DNA from: Robiginitomaculum sp.
Lineage (GTDB): Bacteria > Pseudomonadota > Alphaproteobacteria > Caulobacterales > Maricaulaceae
Assembly (NCBI GenBank): GCA_015485155.1
Contig: WFUF01000002.1
Span: 69,735-133,734 of the forward strand
DNA length: 64,000 nucleotides
Direction of reading: 5' to 3'
Part shown: piece by piece, positions 63,219-64,000 of the stretch
How positions within the stretch are numbered: the stretch's first letter is position 1
Layout: each line of letters starts with the position of its first letter
The notes under the pieces: generated by a model
The model's database searches: none
What the model was told of the DNA's origin: nothing
The model's input: only the letters and a program-made list of their open reading frames with translations
Position numbers and translations under genes: made by a program

Positions 63219-63256
63219 TGACCCTTAAATTACCCTTGAGTGTACTGACTGACCCT
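63219..63256 (-). repeat. Inverted copies of the same heptamer (TGACCCT x2 plus TTACCCT)
   Basis: TGACCCT at 63219 and 63250, and the one-mismatch copy TTACCCT at 63230. A 10-bp direct repeat CCCTTGAGTG is also present at 63157 and 63233. Confidence 0.55.
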
Positions 63257-63542
63257 TATGTTACGGGGATAAGTGGTAAAGGCGCCCGCCATTGCCAGAG
63301 CTGTTATAATGTAAGAGTTGGGGCAAAACCCCTGACAAAATGCTCTTTGACAGGTAAATATCTTTCTCAAAACCGATAAAACAAAAGGGTTTTGCCGATT
63401 TGCATTGCGCAGGCAATTTTAACAGGCGGTCGTATAAATATCTCTGCCTCTGGCAGTTATGCGCAGGGTAAATCAGATAAACCGGTACAGGTGTTTTTAA
63501 CCCGGTAAATTTTAAGTATTTTGAACCCGAAAAATACGCTAA

Positions 63543-64000
63543 TCAGCGATCCCGCTGTACCATGAATGCCAGACGTTCAAACAATTGCACGTCTTGTTCA
63601 TTTTTTAGCAAAGCTCCATGTAAAGGCGGGATCAGTTTGCGCGGGTTTTGTTCGCGCAAGGTACTGATATCAATGTCCTCGGACATTAGCAGTTTTAGCC
63701 AGTCAAGCAGTTCTGACGTGCTGGGTTTTTTCTTTAGTCCCGGGGATTTTCTAATCTCATAAAAAATTTTCAAGGCTTCGCTAACAAGGCGCTGCTTTAT
63801 GCCTGGGAAATGCACATTGATGATTTCTTCCATGGTTTGTTTTTCCGGAAAGCGGATAAAATGAAAAAAGCACCTGCGTAAAAATGCGTCCGGCAGTTCT
63901 TTTTCATTGTTTGAAGTAATGATGATTATTGGCCGTTGTTTGGCTGTGATCATTTCGCCGGTCTCATAGACATGAAACTCCATGCGGTCCAGCTCCTGCA
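63543..64000 (-). CDS. MoxR/CbbQ-like AAA+ ATPase (C-terminal part; gene continues past the window end)
   Basis: The frame is open to base 64000. The sequence ...RPIIIITSNNEKELPDAFLRRCFFHFIRFP... (sensor-1/arginine region) and the helical lid are typical of MoxR-type ATPases. Confidence 0.8.
   Translation of the reverse strand, partial: QELDRMEFHVYETGEMITAKQRPIIIITSNNEKELPDAFLRRCFFHFIRFPEKQTMEEIINVHFPGIKQRLVSEALKIFYEIRKSPGLKKKPSTSELLDWLKLLMSEDIDISTLREQNPRKLIPPLHGALLKNEQDVQLFERLAFMVQRDR

Noticed and set aside
62820-63379. ORFs 62820-63203 (minus, 127 aa) and 63164-63379 (plus, 71 aa) in the post-sucB region
   Set aside because: They have no start context, odd composition and no motifs. They run straight through the heptamer and inverted-repeat arrays. 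I treat the region as non-coding.

Overview
This 64-kb window looks like chromosomal DNA from a marine-type alphaproteobacterium, judged from gene order and protein signatures. I could not run a database search. Most of it is conserved housekeeping blocks. These are tolB-pal-cpoB-tilS-ftsH-folP-thiD-phzF, the minus-strand block ffs-dnaX-ybaB-recR, rpmI-rplT-pheS-pheT, lepA, uvrB, groES-groEL and sucC-sucD-sucA-sucB. Accessory or unusual pieces sit between these blocks. (1) A four-gene bufferin-type RiPP metallophore operon: a DUF2282 precursor, an MNIO/DUF692 enzyme, a DUF2063 partner and DoxX (54.0-56.5 kb). (2) A dedicated Gram-negative sortase with its single VIT+VWA target protein (36.5-39.2 kb). 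(3) A small toxin-antitoxin islet holding parDE, an orphan higA and a truncated higB remnant (41.1-42.1 kb). (4) An AT-rich insertion next to groES carrying a GIY-YIG nuclease gene that appears broken at homopolymer tracts (48.5-49.2 kb). (5) An orphan flavin-dependent halogenase. (6) Two AT-rich Sel1-repeat genes. (7) A membrane-anchored LytTR, SDR and GMC oxidoreductase operon. (8) An ORF-poor, repeat-dense, att-like region directly after sucB, where lpdA would be expected (62.8-63.5 kb). A SRP (4.5S) RNA gene lies hidden inside the over-extended dnaX ORF. I saw no rRNA, tRNA, CRISPR array, transposase or integrase gene. Many ORFs in the supplied track are antisense shadows of real genes and were not called.
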